Assembly: GCF_030144855.1 (NCBI RefSeq)
Contig: NC_082710.1
Coordinates: 151,466,001-151,530,000, forward strand
Source: Hypanus sabinus
Taxonomy: Eukaryota
Length of the DNA stretch: 64,000 nt
Direction: 5' to 3'
The notes beneath the pieces were generated by a model, which saw only the letters and a program-made list of their open reading frames with translations, was not told the DNA's origin and searched no databases. The translations under genes were made by a program, and so were the position numbers. Below, in pieces: positions 13,130-26,601 of the stretch (within the stretch, counting starts at the first letter, position 1; each line of letters starts with the position of its first letter).

Positions 13130-13650
13130 TAGAATAGGAAAACAATGTAATGCTGAGGCTTTATAAGGCTTTATTCAGACCACATTTGAGTGTTGAGCGT
13201 GGTTTTAAGAAAGGATGTGCTGGCAATGGAGAATGTCCAGGGGAGGTTTACAAGAATGATCTTGGAGTTTTGAAGAATGTGAGGGAAGTTCAATGAAGCT
13301 AACCAAATGTTGAAATGACTGGATAGAATGGATATGAAGACAATGTTTGCAATAATGGAAGAGTCAAGGACAGAGCCTCAGAATAGAAGAAAGTTGCTTT
13401 AGATTACAGTAGAGGAGGAGTTTCTTTAGCCATTGAGTGGTACATCTAAGAAATTCATTGTCAGGTATGGCTGTGAGGCCAAGTCATTAATCAATAGGAT
13501 CTTAATTAGTGTGGACATCAAAGGTTACCGGGAGAAGGTAGGAGAATTGGGTTGAGAGAGAAAATAAATCAGCTAGTATCAAGTAGCAGAGTAGATACAA
13601 TGGGCCAAACAACCTAATTCTGCTCCTATATCTGACGGTTTGTGGTCTTA
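13130..13650 (+). mobile_element. CR1 3' fragment
   Basis: gagaatgtccaggggaggtttacaagaatg...cctaattctgctcctatatct tail. Similar fragments at 19580-19930 (+), 24825-25350 (+), 28683-29030 (-), 37635-38345 (-), 59470-59990 (-), 63460-64000 (-). Confidence 0.85.
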
Positions 13651-14429
13651 TAAACAATGAATACTTTTTGAAATTAAACAAATCTTATGGTCTAGAAAGC
13701 ACAGGCTAATTGCTGAGAGAGGAGAATGCTCAGAAGTTGTAGTTAGCAAACTAAAATGACCATGAGACATTGTCAGGTGAATTAGCCAGATGTAAGCCAA
13801 TCAGAGTAAGTATCAAACTCTTTCATCTTAAGTTATTTAGCAACTTTGCAACTGAAATCATGGACACTTCCAGATCACATACTGTGTCACTTAGGACATC
13901 AAACACCATCATTGGCATATTAGCTATATTAGTAATTGTGAATATTTATGCACTAGAAATTTGGCCTCAAAATTATGTTTTCAGGTCTCTGGGGTCTCAT
14001 AAACTTTATGAACCATCCTTGTGAATTACAATTTCCCAAAAAGGGTGTCTGAAAATTCAGAGCTGTCTTGTTAGTTGCAGTGCGCTTCCTTTTTAAATAT
14101 ATACTGTGGTTCTACAGAATAATTTATCACATTAAAATTATTGCACTATTTCATTGTAGCAATTGAAATAGTGACCCATGGTTATGTTTCTTCTTCGAAT
14201 ATAAATATCTGATGACTTTTTGAGTTCAGGGAGGCTCTACTGATAGAATGTCCAAGAGAATGATGCTCTTCATAATGATTGCAAAGGTTCTGTAGGGTGG
14301 GAAGCCTCTAATCTCTGGGTTCCATCCACAAATGGACATGGAGGGGCCATGTCGAGTAAGGAAGCCCCTCAAACAATGAAAGTGTGCGTCGCTTCATGGA
14401 GCCACAGAGAACTCATTAACACCATTATA

Positions 14430-14990
14430 TTGAACATATTAGGTTACTGCAATGCACTTTTTACTGGACTTCTAAAGCAATTTATTGATAAACCAATACA
14501 TTCAGAATGCCACTGCTAGACTCGCAGCTAAAACCAGGATAAAGGAGCATATCACTCTTATCCTAACTGCTCTGCAATGGCTTCCGGTATTTTTTGCAAT
14601 TGACTTCAAAGTTCTCTTACTTGCTTATAACACTGTCAGTGGTCTGGGACAGGTGGACGTCACATAATCACTTTTGTTTTATAATCCTGCTCAAGCTGTC
14701 AGGCCTTCTTCCACTGCTCTCTTAAATTTAAACAATCACCCTCAAAAGCTAATTTGCAGGTCAGCTTTTTACAATATGCTCCAAAACTTTGGAAATCAAT
14801 ACCTAAAACTATAAGGGAAGTAGATCTAAAACTATAAGGGATGCAGACTCAGTTGACACATTTAAATGCCTAAACTTGTTACTTAACCTTGCTTTCAAAT
14901 AGCATCTTTCTGTCTTTACGTTTGCACTTTATCCCATATTGAACTACATCATTTGTAATAGAAATGCACTACATATTAAGTTACTGTTAA
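14430..14990 (+). mobile_element. L2-clade LINE 3' end
   Basis: YCNALFTGL...IQNATARL...EHITLILTALQWLPV..IDFKVLLL. Confidence 0.85.
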
Positions 14991-16326
14991 GTGTTAATAC
15001 TATTGAATGGATTGACCTAATAACACTAATAAAGTAAAGAGTTTTGAAATGTTTTTCTTTTAGTCTGAATAAGTTATTATGAATAAAGATTATTTGTTGA
15101 AATAAAGAAAGCTCAACATAGACATTTGGCTTCAATCAGCTTCCAGTCTCCCGTGACTCAGTCACAGAACCAGCATCTGTAGTTTTCTTTTAAATATAGT
15201 TTTGCCATCAACTTAAAGATGTTGCTGAAACTATAGGATGTCAAACAGTGCAGCAAACTACAGGCCTTTCAGCCTGTGATGCTGTACTTTAACTTAAAGT
15301 AAGATCAATCTAAACTTTCTCTCTGTCTTGCTTTCATCCATGTTCCTTTGGGTGCACCAAATATTATAGACAAGGTGAGCTTGGTAACTGGAAATGCTCA
15401 GACATTTAGGCTGCTGCAGACAAACATTTGGTGATGTGAGGTGAGAGATGAGTTCTGTGCTTTTGGATAATGCAGTCCTCACTTTGTAATGACGGAATAG
15501 TCAATGGGACAAAATGAGGAAAATATAAATTGTACTTATGTAACATAGAAATACACATCTCCAGACTGGTATTGCAAGGCTGGTTAAAAATAAAATTGCT
15601 AATATACTCTTTGACTAAAGAAAGTTCATGCAAATACAGCACTGCAAAAGCAAAAAAAAATATCATTACTCTGTTAACAATGACAGATATACAGCTCAGA
15701 TATAGTGTGCTTTTGTTTTAATTTGTCCTCCCAAAAACTGCACTCCAATAAATTCTGAACATCAGAAATAATGCTAATTGGAAACACAATAAAACTCTGC
15801 ACAACACACGTAAAACATGCTCACAGTCATTGCAACACCGCACCGTTAGATACTGAGTTTTGCTCCCAGTCTGACCTTCAGACAGCATTCCAAAACTAGG
15901 CCCGGCACACATTACGTTGTTCAATGAAAGCACGCATGGCATGGTCCAGGATTAAAACAAAGATAGCCCTTAAGGCTAGCCCAGAATTTTCTCTGAAGTA
16001 TGGTGAGGAGTTAAAGGCAGTATAAAATTAATTCTCCACTGCACCATCACGTACCTGATGAAGTAATCCAGGTTATGTTGTGGAAAGTTCTGGCAAATGG
16101 ACAAGTGAACTAAGAGCTGGAATCATTTGAGAGCCCCTTTCAGCATCTTCCATCATTCAGTGACATTGTGTCCAGTATGATATTGAGCATTTTTCTGCAT
16201 CATTTCCCAAATCCTTGATTAAACTATGATCCAAAAATCTAAATTTCACAACCTTTGAAACATTCATTGAACTTGACACTGGAGCAAGAAGGTCTCCAAG
16301 TCCCTCCTATTCACAATAGTACTTTG

Positions 16327-16490
16327 TTAATCATGGCTGATTTCAGCAGGTCCTTGCTGGGTACTAAGAGGTTTGCTGTAATTCTTCTTCCTCCAGAAGC
16401 CAATTCCAATGATGATCCCCAGGAGAATAAGTGGAATGATTGCAACTCCAGCCACGATCACTGTCTTTGTATCTTTCTTTGGTGTCCTCT
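16327..16490 (-). CDS. MHC class I-like transmembrane + cytoplasmic exon with stop codon
   Basis: Acceptor atctacag, phase 1. (E)RTPKKDTKT-VIVAGVAIIPLILLGIIIGIGFW-RKKNYSKPLSTQQGPAEISHD*: a 23-aa hydrophobic span followed by a basic stop-transfer. Leader+alpha1-3+TM = 52+252+276+273+164 = 1017 nt = 338 aa + stop. Confidence 0.88.
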
Positions 16491-18341
16491 CTGTAGATAT
16501 ATAGAGAATATTTCAACTTTTTTGTTTGATAACCACTTTGTAATGTTTTATTATCTGCATTAAACGTAGTGTTCATATGAAATTATAATGTAATTTAGAC
16601 ATAGATACAGAAAATATAGAAATGTAGAACAACCACAGCACAATACAGGCCTCTCAGCCCACAATGCTGTGCGAAACATGTATTTACTTAGAAATTAACT
16701 AAAGTTACCCATAGCCCTCTATTTTTCTAAGCTCCACATACCTATCCATGAATATTTGTGATTTTCTACAGCTATGTTTCAAACACAGCAATGTAAAGCC
16801 TTTTAAGTTTATATTAACATTGAGGCATCATGTGCAACTTCTGGTAGGATTGTGGCACGTGCAAATGCAACGGCCTCTTGGGGGCCAACCAATGACACAT
16901 TTTTCTTTGTAAAATTTGTTTTTTACGATCCAAAGACAATTCTACTCCAAGAACTTTGAGTACTTCAGGGCTACTCCATCAGTGAAATGCTCATTGATCA
17001 CAATAGCTGGAATGGTGTTGGAACTGGAGCAAGCTGAAATGTTGAGAAGGAGCCAGTCGAGATATCAGAAAAGGAGATGAACAGGATGTCAGATGACTCA
17101 GTTTGGGTACGGAAGAGCTGACATGGCTGCAGACAGTGTTGCTGCCTGTTATGGAAGCATCAAAATTGGTTCAATATATCCATGGGAGATTGTCTTCATT
17201 ATTTCATTTGCGATCACAAGATGCTGTTCGACAGTGATAATGTAAGTTCCCACAGGCCTGTTACCCTTGTCTGATGGGACAGAAGACATGGGAGCTATGA
17301 AGGCTTGGTTCTAGTGAGGGCTAGGTTTCAAGCCTTAGGCTTGTCTGCTGCTGCAGACCAGGTGAGAAGGCATAGCGTCTGTGCTCCGCTGCAATCTGGC
17401 CAGTTCCATTGCTGCTGCTCTCCCATGTTTGAGTGATAGAATTGCAGGCTAGATTGCATTCATCTGCATGCTCCCAGGACTTGTACCATTGATTGCCGGA
17501 CTTTGACGGACATGTTTTTTTTGAGTGAATATGCATCTTCAATGGCAATTTTGAATCATGTTTTCAATGTTTGCTTGATATTGTGAATGTTTTGTACCTT
17601 GACCCCAGAGGAATGCTGTATCATTCTGCTGTGTCTATGTATGGTTTGAATGATGACTAAAATTGATTTGATTTGATCAGTTTAGAATCAGAATCAGATT
17701 TACTATCACTGACATACATGAAGTGAAGTTATGGTTTCACAGCAACAACACAATACATAAACATAAAATTGCTTTAAATTATATAAAAAAAATAAGTTCA
17801 CAGTGTGCAAAAGAAGATTAATGGGGTAGTGTTCATGAGTTGATGGACATTTCAGCAATTTGATAGTGGAGGGGTAGAAGATGTTTTTAAATTTCCGAGT
17901 GTAGGTCTTCAGGATTGTGTACCTCATCCCAGTGATAGGAACAAAAGCAGAGCATCTCTGGGGAAATTAAAATTTCAGAGAAATAAACAAGTACCAGAAA
18001 TAGAAAGATTAGTGTTCAGTTGTGAAGTCAATAAGGATATTTCCTTCTTATGTTTTTGGACTACAAAGACATTTACTCAAACAAATGGAAATAAAATTAA
18101 GTTTATAACTACAAAAGCTTTAAGCTCTGTTGACATATTGCAGTTCAGTGGTCTCTCTCTTCTCTGTCTGTCTGTCTCTCCCTCTCTCCTTCTTTCTCTC
18201 TCCCTCATTTCTTCCCTCTTTCTGGATTTGTCTATGTCTTACATAAACACACAACATGGATAAGGTTATAATCAGTTTGTACTGATCAGCTATCATCAGA
18301 ACATCAGAATAGCTCTGGAGAGTGAAGTATGAAATACTTAC

Positions 18342-18350
18342 GGAACTCAT
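18342..18350 (-). CDS. Candidate 9-nt connecting-peptide micro-exon between alpha3 and TM
   Basis: Minus strand: ...ttcattaactgtaaacttgcttcacag|ATGAGTTCC|gtaagta. Branch-point-like TTAAC, pyrimidine tract, perfect donor, frame-preserving. Gives NIPQ-DEFQ-RTPK instead of NIPQ-E-RTPK. Confidence 0.45.
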
Positions 18351-20929
18351 CTGTGAAGCAAGTTTACAGTTAATGAAATAGGTGCAGCATATTTTTGCTT
18401 GATGTGTAGTTTAGATTAGCTCCCTTTAAGTTCAGAACTTAACTGGATGCCCAAGCAAGGTAACAGATGGGTGCAATCCGTTTTGCTTCTTCTGTTCCTA
18501 CATTTGGATAGTTAAGTAGGGAGCTGAAATAGTAAATTACTTTAAAGTCATTTGACATCTTTTCAACTTATTAGCTTACTTCAGTTCAACTCCAAAAAGA
18601 GGACCTCACCAGTGGAATTCAAGACTAGGCTTCCTACTCCTCTTTGAGCTAAGTCACTTAATCTGGTTTACATATAAATTTATTTAGTATGGCTGCCTGT
18701 CTGTAAGCTAATATGACTACACACTTCTGCATGCCCCTCCATGGAATTTATTGAGATAGAGTCAAATTTTTATATACAATAAATAGATTTCTGCAGAAAA
18801 GAGTATTCAGCAGAGCTCAGAAAAATGAAAAATATATGTAGAGAAGAATTAATCTCATGCAGGAGAAATCAAGAAATAGTAACCATGCAGACTTCATGAG
18901 CTCTCATATACACAGGAAGAAATTCAAGAGAAGCATCTTTGACAGAACAAAGTATTAGAAATTGGAAATATTTTCATTCTTTTAATCAGGATGCATTTTG
19001 CAAGAAGGTGGACAAGGATATGAATGAGAATGTGTGAAGGACTATGCAAATACTCAGAACAATGCACAGTGTGAATATAAACATGGACTATTTGGATTTT
19101 TTGCCTGTTTCATGTAATCTATATTATTCACTGTAACCAAGCTTCCATTCATTGATTGGTATCAATGACAGTTTTGCTCACTGTGCTTACATTTTTTAAA
19201 GTGAGTTGTCTTGCCATGATTCAGTGGTGTCTCTTCCAGGTTCTTCTATCTCTCTTCTGTCTGCAAGCATAAACAATCCACTCCCCTCTTAGATGCTGCC
19301 TGGCCCTCTGAGATCCTCCTGCAATATTTTGTTCTTCAATATATCAGCATCTGCAGTCAATTTTGTCTGCATCACCAGCATCTGTCACTATTCTTGCTTC
19401 TCCGTATTTCATGTGCTTATCACCTGTCCTCACCTGCATCCAGATATCACCCCGGCCACCAAGTTGATGCTTTCTTCTTGCTGCTGCCATCAGAAGGAAG
19501 GTACAGGAGTTTCAGGACTAACACAACCAGGTTCAAGAACAGTTATAACTCCTCAACCATCATTCCCCTGAACCTATGGAATGGTGAAAGGTCTTGACAG
19601 AGTGGTTGAGGAGAGAATGTTTTCTATAGTGGGAATGCCTAAGACCAGAGGAAACAGTCTCAAAATAGAGGGCCATCCTTTTAGAACAGAGATGAGGAAT
19701 TTCTTTAGCCTGAGGGTGTGAATCTGTGGAACTCGTCACAGGCAGATCTGGAGGCCCAGTCTTTATGCGCATTAAAGATCGATAGATTCTTGATAGGTCA
19801 GGGCACAATGGCATATGGGGAGAAGGCAGGAGATTGAGGCTGAGAGCAAATATGGATCAGCCATGATGAAATGGTGGAGCAACCTCAATAGGCCAAATGG
19901 ACTAATTCTGCTGCTATATCATATGGTCTTGTAGTCAAAGAGGATAACTTCACTCAACTTCACTCACCACGTTAAAATGTTCCCACAACCAATGCAATCA
20001 ATTTCAAGGGATCTTTGTCTCATACTCTCGGTAATTATTGTTTGTTTATTTATTATTTTTTCTTTCTGTTTGTACTTGCACTGTTGTTGTCTTTTGCACA
20101 CTGGCTGAACACCATGTTGGTGTGGTCTTTCATTGACTATTATAGTTATTGCTCTATTTTGGATTTATTGAGCATGCCCACAAGAAAACAGATCTTAGGG
20201 TTGTATATGGTGACATATATGTAGTGTTATAAAGGTTGAGCCAAAATATCAGCTTTCCACTTCCCTCCACTGTCTGACCCCTCAAATTCCCCAACAACTT
20301 ACTGTATTTGTTACTCTACAATCCAGTATCTGCATTCCCTTGTGTTTTTACAATTCAACAGTGAATTTGTTCAGATAGGAACTACTCTAACTAACCCAGA
20401 CTATGACTAATATCAGATTATTATAGTTCACCACCACCAATACATTTAATTAATCATATCATAAGTACATAGCACAATTAACCAATCTATACCATGTGGT
20501 AATGTGGGGAACCAGGAAATCATGGACAGGAGAATTCTGCCACATCATCTATGATCAGCTGAATTATTTTCATCACCCAGTCTGTCTCATCCTGGCTTGT
20601 AAATCATCACTGAATAAAATATAGGAGATGCGACCTCTGTTACATAATAGGTAGGAAATACTTATGACCATTATTTGCAGGTAATTAAAAAGCTGACGAA
20701 TTGGTCATAAATCTGATTCACTTGCCCCGACAGATTAGTGAACTTCAGAGGCAAGAGTACTTGGTAGTTCTGCACTGCTCGTGTATTCAACATCAAAAAG
20801 ACTCCCTATCTGCATTTCAAGGGATATAAATATTTCACACCTATATACTGAGAAAAGCTTGCTGGTAGCCCTGTTGAAATTCATTGAACTTCAGAAAGAA
20901 AATCACTGGCTGGTTATTGTTACATTAAC

Positions 20930-22262
20930 TACCAGGAACATAATGGGTGCTATCACATTGACAGTGATGAAATGCTTTGAGAGGGTGCTCATGACTAGAC
21001 TGCACTCCTATCTCAGCAAGGAACTGGACGCATTGCAATTTGCCTGTTGCCACAATAGGTCACTGGCAGATGCCAATGGCTCTCCACATGACTTTAGACC
21101 ACATGGTCAACACAAGCACTTATGTCAGGATGCCGTTCATCGACTATAGCTCAGCATTTAAAACCATCGTTCCCACAATCCTGATTGAGAAGTTGCAGAA
21201 CCTGGGCCTCTGTACCTCCTTCTGCAATTGGATACACAACTTCCTAACTGGAAGACCATAATCTGTGTGGATTGTTGATAACATATCCTCCTTGCTGATG
21301 ATCATCACTGGTGCACCTCAGTGGTGTGTGCTTAGCCCACTGCTTGACTCTCTATATACACATGACTGTGTTGCTAGGCATAGCTGAAATACCATCTATA
21401 AATTTGCAGACATACAACCATTGTTGGTAGAATCTCAGGCGGTGATGAGAGGGCATACAGGAGTAAGATATGCCAACTATTGGAGTGGTGCCTCAGCAAC
21501 AACCTGGCACCCAATGTCAGTAAGATGAGAGAACTGATGGTCTTCAGGAAAGGTAAGACGAAGCAACACATACCAATCCTCATAAAGGGATCAGAAGTGG
21601 ATTGAATGAGCAGTTTCAAGTTACTAGATGTCAAGATCTCTAAGGATCTAACTTGGTCCCAACATATTGATGTAGTAATAAAGAAGGCAAGACACGGCTA
21701 TACTGAATTAGGAATTTGAAGAAATTTGACATGTCAACAAATACACTCAAAAACTTCTATACCTGTACTATGGAGAGCATTCAGACAGGCTGCATCACTG
21801 TCTGGTATGTGGGGTGGGGGGGGGGGGGTGTTACTGCACAGGACTGAAAAAAGTTGCAGAGGTTTGTAAATCTAGTCAGCTCCATCTTGGTACTAGCCTA
21901 CAAAGTACCCAGGACATCTTCAGGGAGCAGTGTCTCAGAAAGACAGCGTCCATTATTAAGGACCTCCAGCACCCAGTGCATGCCCTTTTCTCACTGTTAT
22001 TCAGGAACAGCTTCTTCCCCCCGCCATCCAATTCCTCAGTGGACATTGAGCTCTTGGACACTACCTCACTTTTTTTTTAATATATAGTATTTCTGATACT
22101 TGCATGTGTTTTAAATCACCTGTAATTGATTTATTTGTTTATTTATTATTATTATTTTATCTTTTGTCTTTTAGGTTATGTATTGCATTGAACTGCTGCT
22201 GCTAAGTTAACAAATTTCATTTCACATGCTCATGATAACAAACCTGATTCTGATTTTGATTC
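20930..22262 (+). mobile_element. Rex1/Babar-like LINE 3' fragment
   Basis: [49 protein letters not shown], and an (attctg)n tail. Poly-G tract at about 21810-21828. Confidence 0.88.
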
Positions 22263-22892
22263 TATTAGGCAGTAGGTATTCTAGATATGCTAACATACTA
22301 GGTCAGAGCATATATAGTGGGCACTGCATCAAGAAAACAGCAGCTGTCATCCGGATCCCTGGCATCCGGTTCATGCCTCATTCTTCCTAATACTATCAGG
22401 CAGGAGTTTCAGAAGCCTGAAGTTCCTCTCCATAAAGTTCAGGAACAGCTGCTTTCTTTCAGTCATCAAGGTTTTGAATTGAACTGTACAACCTTAACCT
22501 ACTTCAGCAACAGTACACTGACCACCTCTTCCATTACCATAGACTTCTTTGTGTTTTTCTTTCTCTTCAGTGAATTGTACAATTTGTGAACTAATTGCAT
22601 TCTGAATGTTGGCTGAATCTGTCTCTCCGAGATGCTGCTGCAAGCATGTTTTTCATTGCACCTGTATGCCACTGCACCTCTATGTGTCAATAAACTTGAC
22701 TTGATGTGTACTAACATTCTGTTATTTGTCTGGCATTTCATAATCTGCAGAATATCATTATTCCTGACCCGTTAGAAATTAAGCAGTGCATGTGAACGCA
22801 TGTGTTTTAAGGCTCTTAATGTATTCTGTGATGTTGTTTGCCCCAAGTAATCAGCCTGAAGCAAGAACAAGGATCTCTGACTTGCCACTTAC

Positions 22893-23165
22893 CCTGGGGT
22901 ATATTGAGTCCTTGCAGGAGGGTGGTATGCTCGATGTAACAGGAGTATATTGTCTCTTCATCTTCATTCAATGTAATCATTTTCATCAGCTGATAAGTCC
23001 CATCATGGTTGGGTAATACATCACTGGATTCAATCTCGGGGACCCACTCACCATCTCTCAGCCATGAAACATCGATAGCCTGTGGGTAGAACCCTGTGAC
23101 AAGGCAGGAGAGTCTCAGCAGTTGAAATCCGTCAGTCCTAATACTGATAAACACTTCAGGGATTG
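22893..23165 (-). CDS. MHC class I-like alpha3 (Ig C1-set) domain exon
   Basis: Acceptor acatttgcag, donor G|GTAAGT, 273 nt, phase 1/1. (A)IPEVFISIRTDGFQLLRLSCLVTGFYPQAIDVSWLRDG...VLPNHDGTYQ...YSCYIEH shows the C1-set motifs LxCxxxGFYP, WxxDG, LPNxDGTYQ and YxCxxxH. Confidence 0.95.
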
Positions 23166-25387
23166 CTGCAAATGTGAGGAGTATCAACATCAGTGAAAAC
23201 ATGGAAAAAAAACACTTTAGTTGTGACATCAATTCTGCTTCTCCTCCCTTCCAACCACAGTTTATCTCAGTATACCCAAAGTACCTGTCACCAGTGTCCT
23301 CAGTATTTGCTGAGGATTTGCCGATCCCTGGTGTTATGGAAGATAGTCCTGGCAGCATTCTACATAACATCCCAGTCTGCTGCACATTGGCACACTACTT
23401 GTCATTTGTTAAGAACACTTCCACGTGTTTGACCACAGTTGCATCAGTTAGCAGTCGGCATGAAACTTACTTCAGGTACTATGGCATTGGGACACTGGAT
23501 AATGTAATGTTATTTCCTGACTGTCCAAATCTTCTGGTGGAATACCTTGTTACCAAATCTTAACACTGAGCACTAAGACAGTACTTGGCTGGTAGTGAAT
23601 AAGTCTATCTCAGTCAGATACTTTCTGTACAGATGTCATATCATCCCCAATACCTGCTGCTCTCAGGACACCTTTCTTCAGATTTGCTAGGAGGGAATAG
23701 AGAAGAATGAAAAAGTCTGTGTTCTGGTTCATTCCCTGCAGTTGCATAACAGAGGGCTGTCTGATCTACAAAGTGTTTCTGGGGACACATATCTAGAAAG
23801 ACTTTGCTGACTGACAACACCAATAATTTCAAGAGATAATCCAAGGAAAATAACTTTAATTAGAAAACTGCTAGAATTTCTCGCAATTCAAGGAGCAATT
23901 CAGGCAAATGGATTTGCTGCATTTAAAAGAGGCAATGTAAGTCAATTACAAACAATAGGAAGATACCATCATTGGATGAGATATCACTGAATGGGGGTGG
24001 GGACGACCCACATTTTGCACCATGTATCATTAGCGTTCAATAAAATTCATCACAGAGACATTTTCTGCCAGTGGTGACTGATCCCTGATAAACAGTAGCA
24101 AATCATTCAACCATAATTTTTGCAGCAATCTTTTCTGTTCACTTGTAGATTGAGTTAGGAAACTTTTCATTAAAGGAGCTTTGCTGTGTAATTCCAGTTC
24201 TACCCTAATTTACTATTAACATGCACATTAGGATTGTGGACTGGTGCAGAATTTAATCCTCATAAGCATTTCTAACCCATCTGCCTTAACTAAAGGACAC
24301 ATTGACAGCTCTTTCATTAATTTCATGTCCATGAACAACTGTTAAGGGACAGCTCTTGATCTCATAATTTACCCAAGACTATATTTTATTCAGAGTTTGA
24401 AGAGATTTGGTTTGTCACCTAAAACATTCAAAAACTTCTATAGGTGTACGATGGACAGCATTCTGACAGGCTGCATCAGAGTCTGGTATGGTGGTGCTTC
24501 TTCAGAGGACCAAAAGCTCTACAGAAATTTGTAAACTTTGTGAGCTTCACCTTGGGTACTAACCTCCATAGCATCCAAGACATCTTCAAGAAACATGGCT
24601 CAGAAAGGCAATGTTCATTATTAAAGACCCAATCACCAAGGGACTGCCTTCTTCTCATTGTGACTATCAGGAAGGAGGTACAGAAGACTGAGGCACACAT
24701 TCAGTGTTTCAGGGACAGCATTTTTTCCCTATGCAATGTGATTCCTAAATGAACATTGAACCTATGAACTTTTTTTTTACTACTTCTTCTTTTGCACTAT
24801 TTTAAATCTATTCAATATACAGTGTACAATTCTGGGCACCAAATTATAGGAAAAATGTCAACAAATTAGACAGAGTACAGAGGAGATTTGCTAGAATGTT
24901 ACCTGGGTTTCAGCACCTAAGTTACAGAGAAAGGTTGAACAAGTTAGGTCCTTATTCCTTGGAGAATAGAAGGTTGAGTGGGGACTTGATAGAGGTATTT
25001 AAAATTATGAGGGGTGATATACAGAGTTGACTTGGATAGGCTTTTTTCCATTGAGAGTAGGGGAGAATCAAACAAGAGGACATGAGTTGAGTGTTAAGGG
25101 GCAAAAGTTAGGGGTAACACAGGAGAAACTTTTTTACTCAGAGTGGTAGCTGTTTGGAATGAGCTTCCAGTAGAAGTGGTAGAAGCAGGTTTGATTTTGC
25201 CATAAAAAAAAAAATTGGATAGGTATATAGACAGGAAAGGAATGGAGCGTTATGGGCTGTGCAGGTAGGTGGGACTAGTTGAGAATAAGCGTTCAGCACA
25301 GACTAGAAGAGCCGAGATGGCCTGTTTCCGTGCTGTAATTGTTATATGGTTACGTATATACACTCATTGTAATTGATTTACCTGTAT

Positions 25388-25432
25388 TTATTTATCTATC
25401 TATCTATCTATCTATTATTTATTTATTTATTC
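25388..25432. repeat. (TATC)n/(TTTA)n microsatellite
   Basis: tatttatttatctatctatctatctatctattattttatttatttatt read directly. Confidence 0.85.
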
Positions 25433-25609
25433 ATTCTTTCTTTGTTATTATTTGTTGAATTGCACTATTACTACTCTATTATCAAATTTTATGACACATG
25501 CCAGTGACAATAAATCTGATTCTGATTCTGATTATGGCCCATACACATTATTTGTCTAGATGTTTGCTCTTTCTCTGTAACTGTAACTGCAACAACATAT
25601 TTTACATTT

Positions 25610-26040
25610 GGTTCCTTAAGGTTGTCATAGGTGGGGCGGTAGCAGTGTTAAGCTCCTACTACCTACGGCATGCATCTCAAACAGCCTCTGATAAACAAGT
25701 TTTTCTCCTGGCCTTTATGTGTGATAAAGCTACAAATCCCAGCAAAACTCTTTCTACTATCAGGAGAAAGGCGGGTTGCTGGCATCTTAAAACGAGGCAC
25801 TTTGTGCAGATGGAGCTCATCAGCCTTGGTTGACAGTTCGTCTAGGAGAAGTAAACCTTGTTCTCCAACATCTGCTGCCTCATGGCTAGGTCCACTCATG
25901 GGGTAGGTTTTGGTAGTAAACGGTGAGGAAATATCCAGAGCTGGGGTCCCTAACGCAGTGTGAATGTTGAGTTCAACACTGACTGGCAACTTCTGCAATG
26001 CCATTGGTGCCAAGCTGTATCAGTCTCTGCCATTCCTTTA
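25610..26040 (+). mobile_element. Interspersed repeat, possibly RTE-clade LINE 5' region
   Basis: GC-richer island resembling, from memory, a common ray repeat. Related-looking pieces at about 31975-32160 and 58380-58690. No protein motif. Confidence 0.35.
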
Positions 26041-26325
26041 TTGTTTTGTGTATCACCTAGACACCTAGAACACAATATCCATGATCAAATCCCCAACTAA
26101 CAGAGGGCCTGTATTTTCCATTTGATTAGTTCTTTTCTCTTGATACTACCTCAATATACTAATGTTTGGAATGATCTGCATAGATGGCAAGCAAAATATT
26201 TTTTCTGCACTGCATGTGGCAATAATACTCCAGTTAACAATTTCCTGAAGTTTGCTACATTTCTCACCTAGGCTATCTAACGTATTTCCCCTGTACCCAA
26301 CAGTCAGAGTACGCAGGTAGTATAC

Positions 26326-26601
26326 CTCTCTGCTGTAGCGCTTCTTGACCACACTCAAGATATACCAGCAGCCACTTCACACAGTCCTTCTCCAAGAGAG
26401 CTTTGAAGTATTTGTTCATGATCATGTTGATGTTCCACCGATCTGCAAGCACTTGGAACTCTGGATTTAGCACAATCCAACTCATTCTTTCCTTGTCAAA
26501 AACACATGCATCCTCACCATTGTAGCGCAGTCTTATGAACCCATCTGTGGAGTTATCATTCTTCAATTCACAGCCGCAAATCCCCTGGACAAAGACATCA
26601 G
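26326..26601 (-). CDS. MHC class I-like alpha2 domain exon
   Basis: Acceptor ccccag, donor AG|GTATAC, 276 nt (typical alpha2 size), phase 1/1. (A)DVFVQGICGCELKNDNSTDGFIRLRYNGEDACVFDKERMSW...RWN...DCVKWLLVYLECGQEALQQR retains C101/C164, W147, W167 and Y171 (HLA numbering by eye). A second AG 6 nt upstream could start the exon at 26607. Confidence 0.93.

Noticed and set aside
22816-23385. 189-aa ORF as a single-exon membrane Ig protein (hydrophobic stretch before the Ig domain)
   Set aside because: The hydrophobic stretch is the translated polypyrimidine tract of the alpha3 acceptor; canonical splice sites delimit 22893-23165.
26273-26325. Open frame past the alpha2 donor (GILPAYSDCWVQGKYVR*) suggesting a secreted alpha1-alpha2 isoform
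   Set aside because: A short open read-through is expected by chance; no evidence for intron retention from sequence alone.
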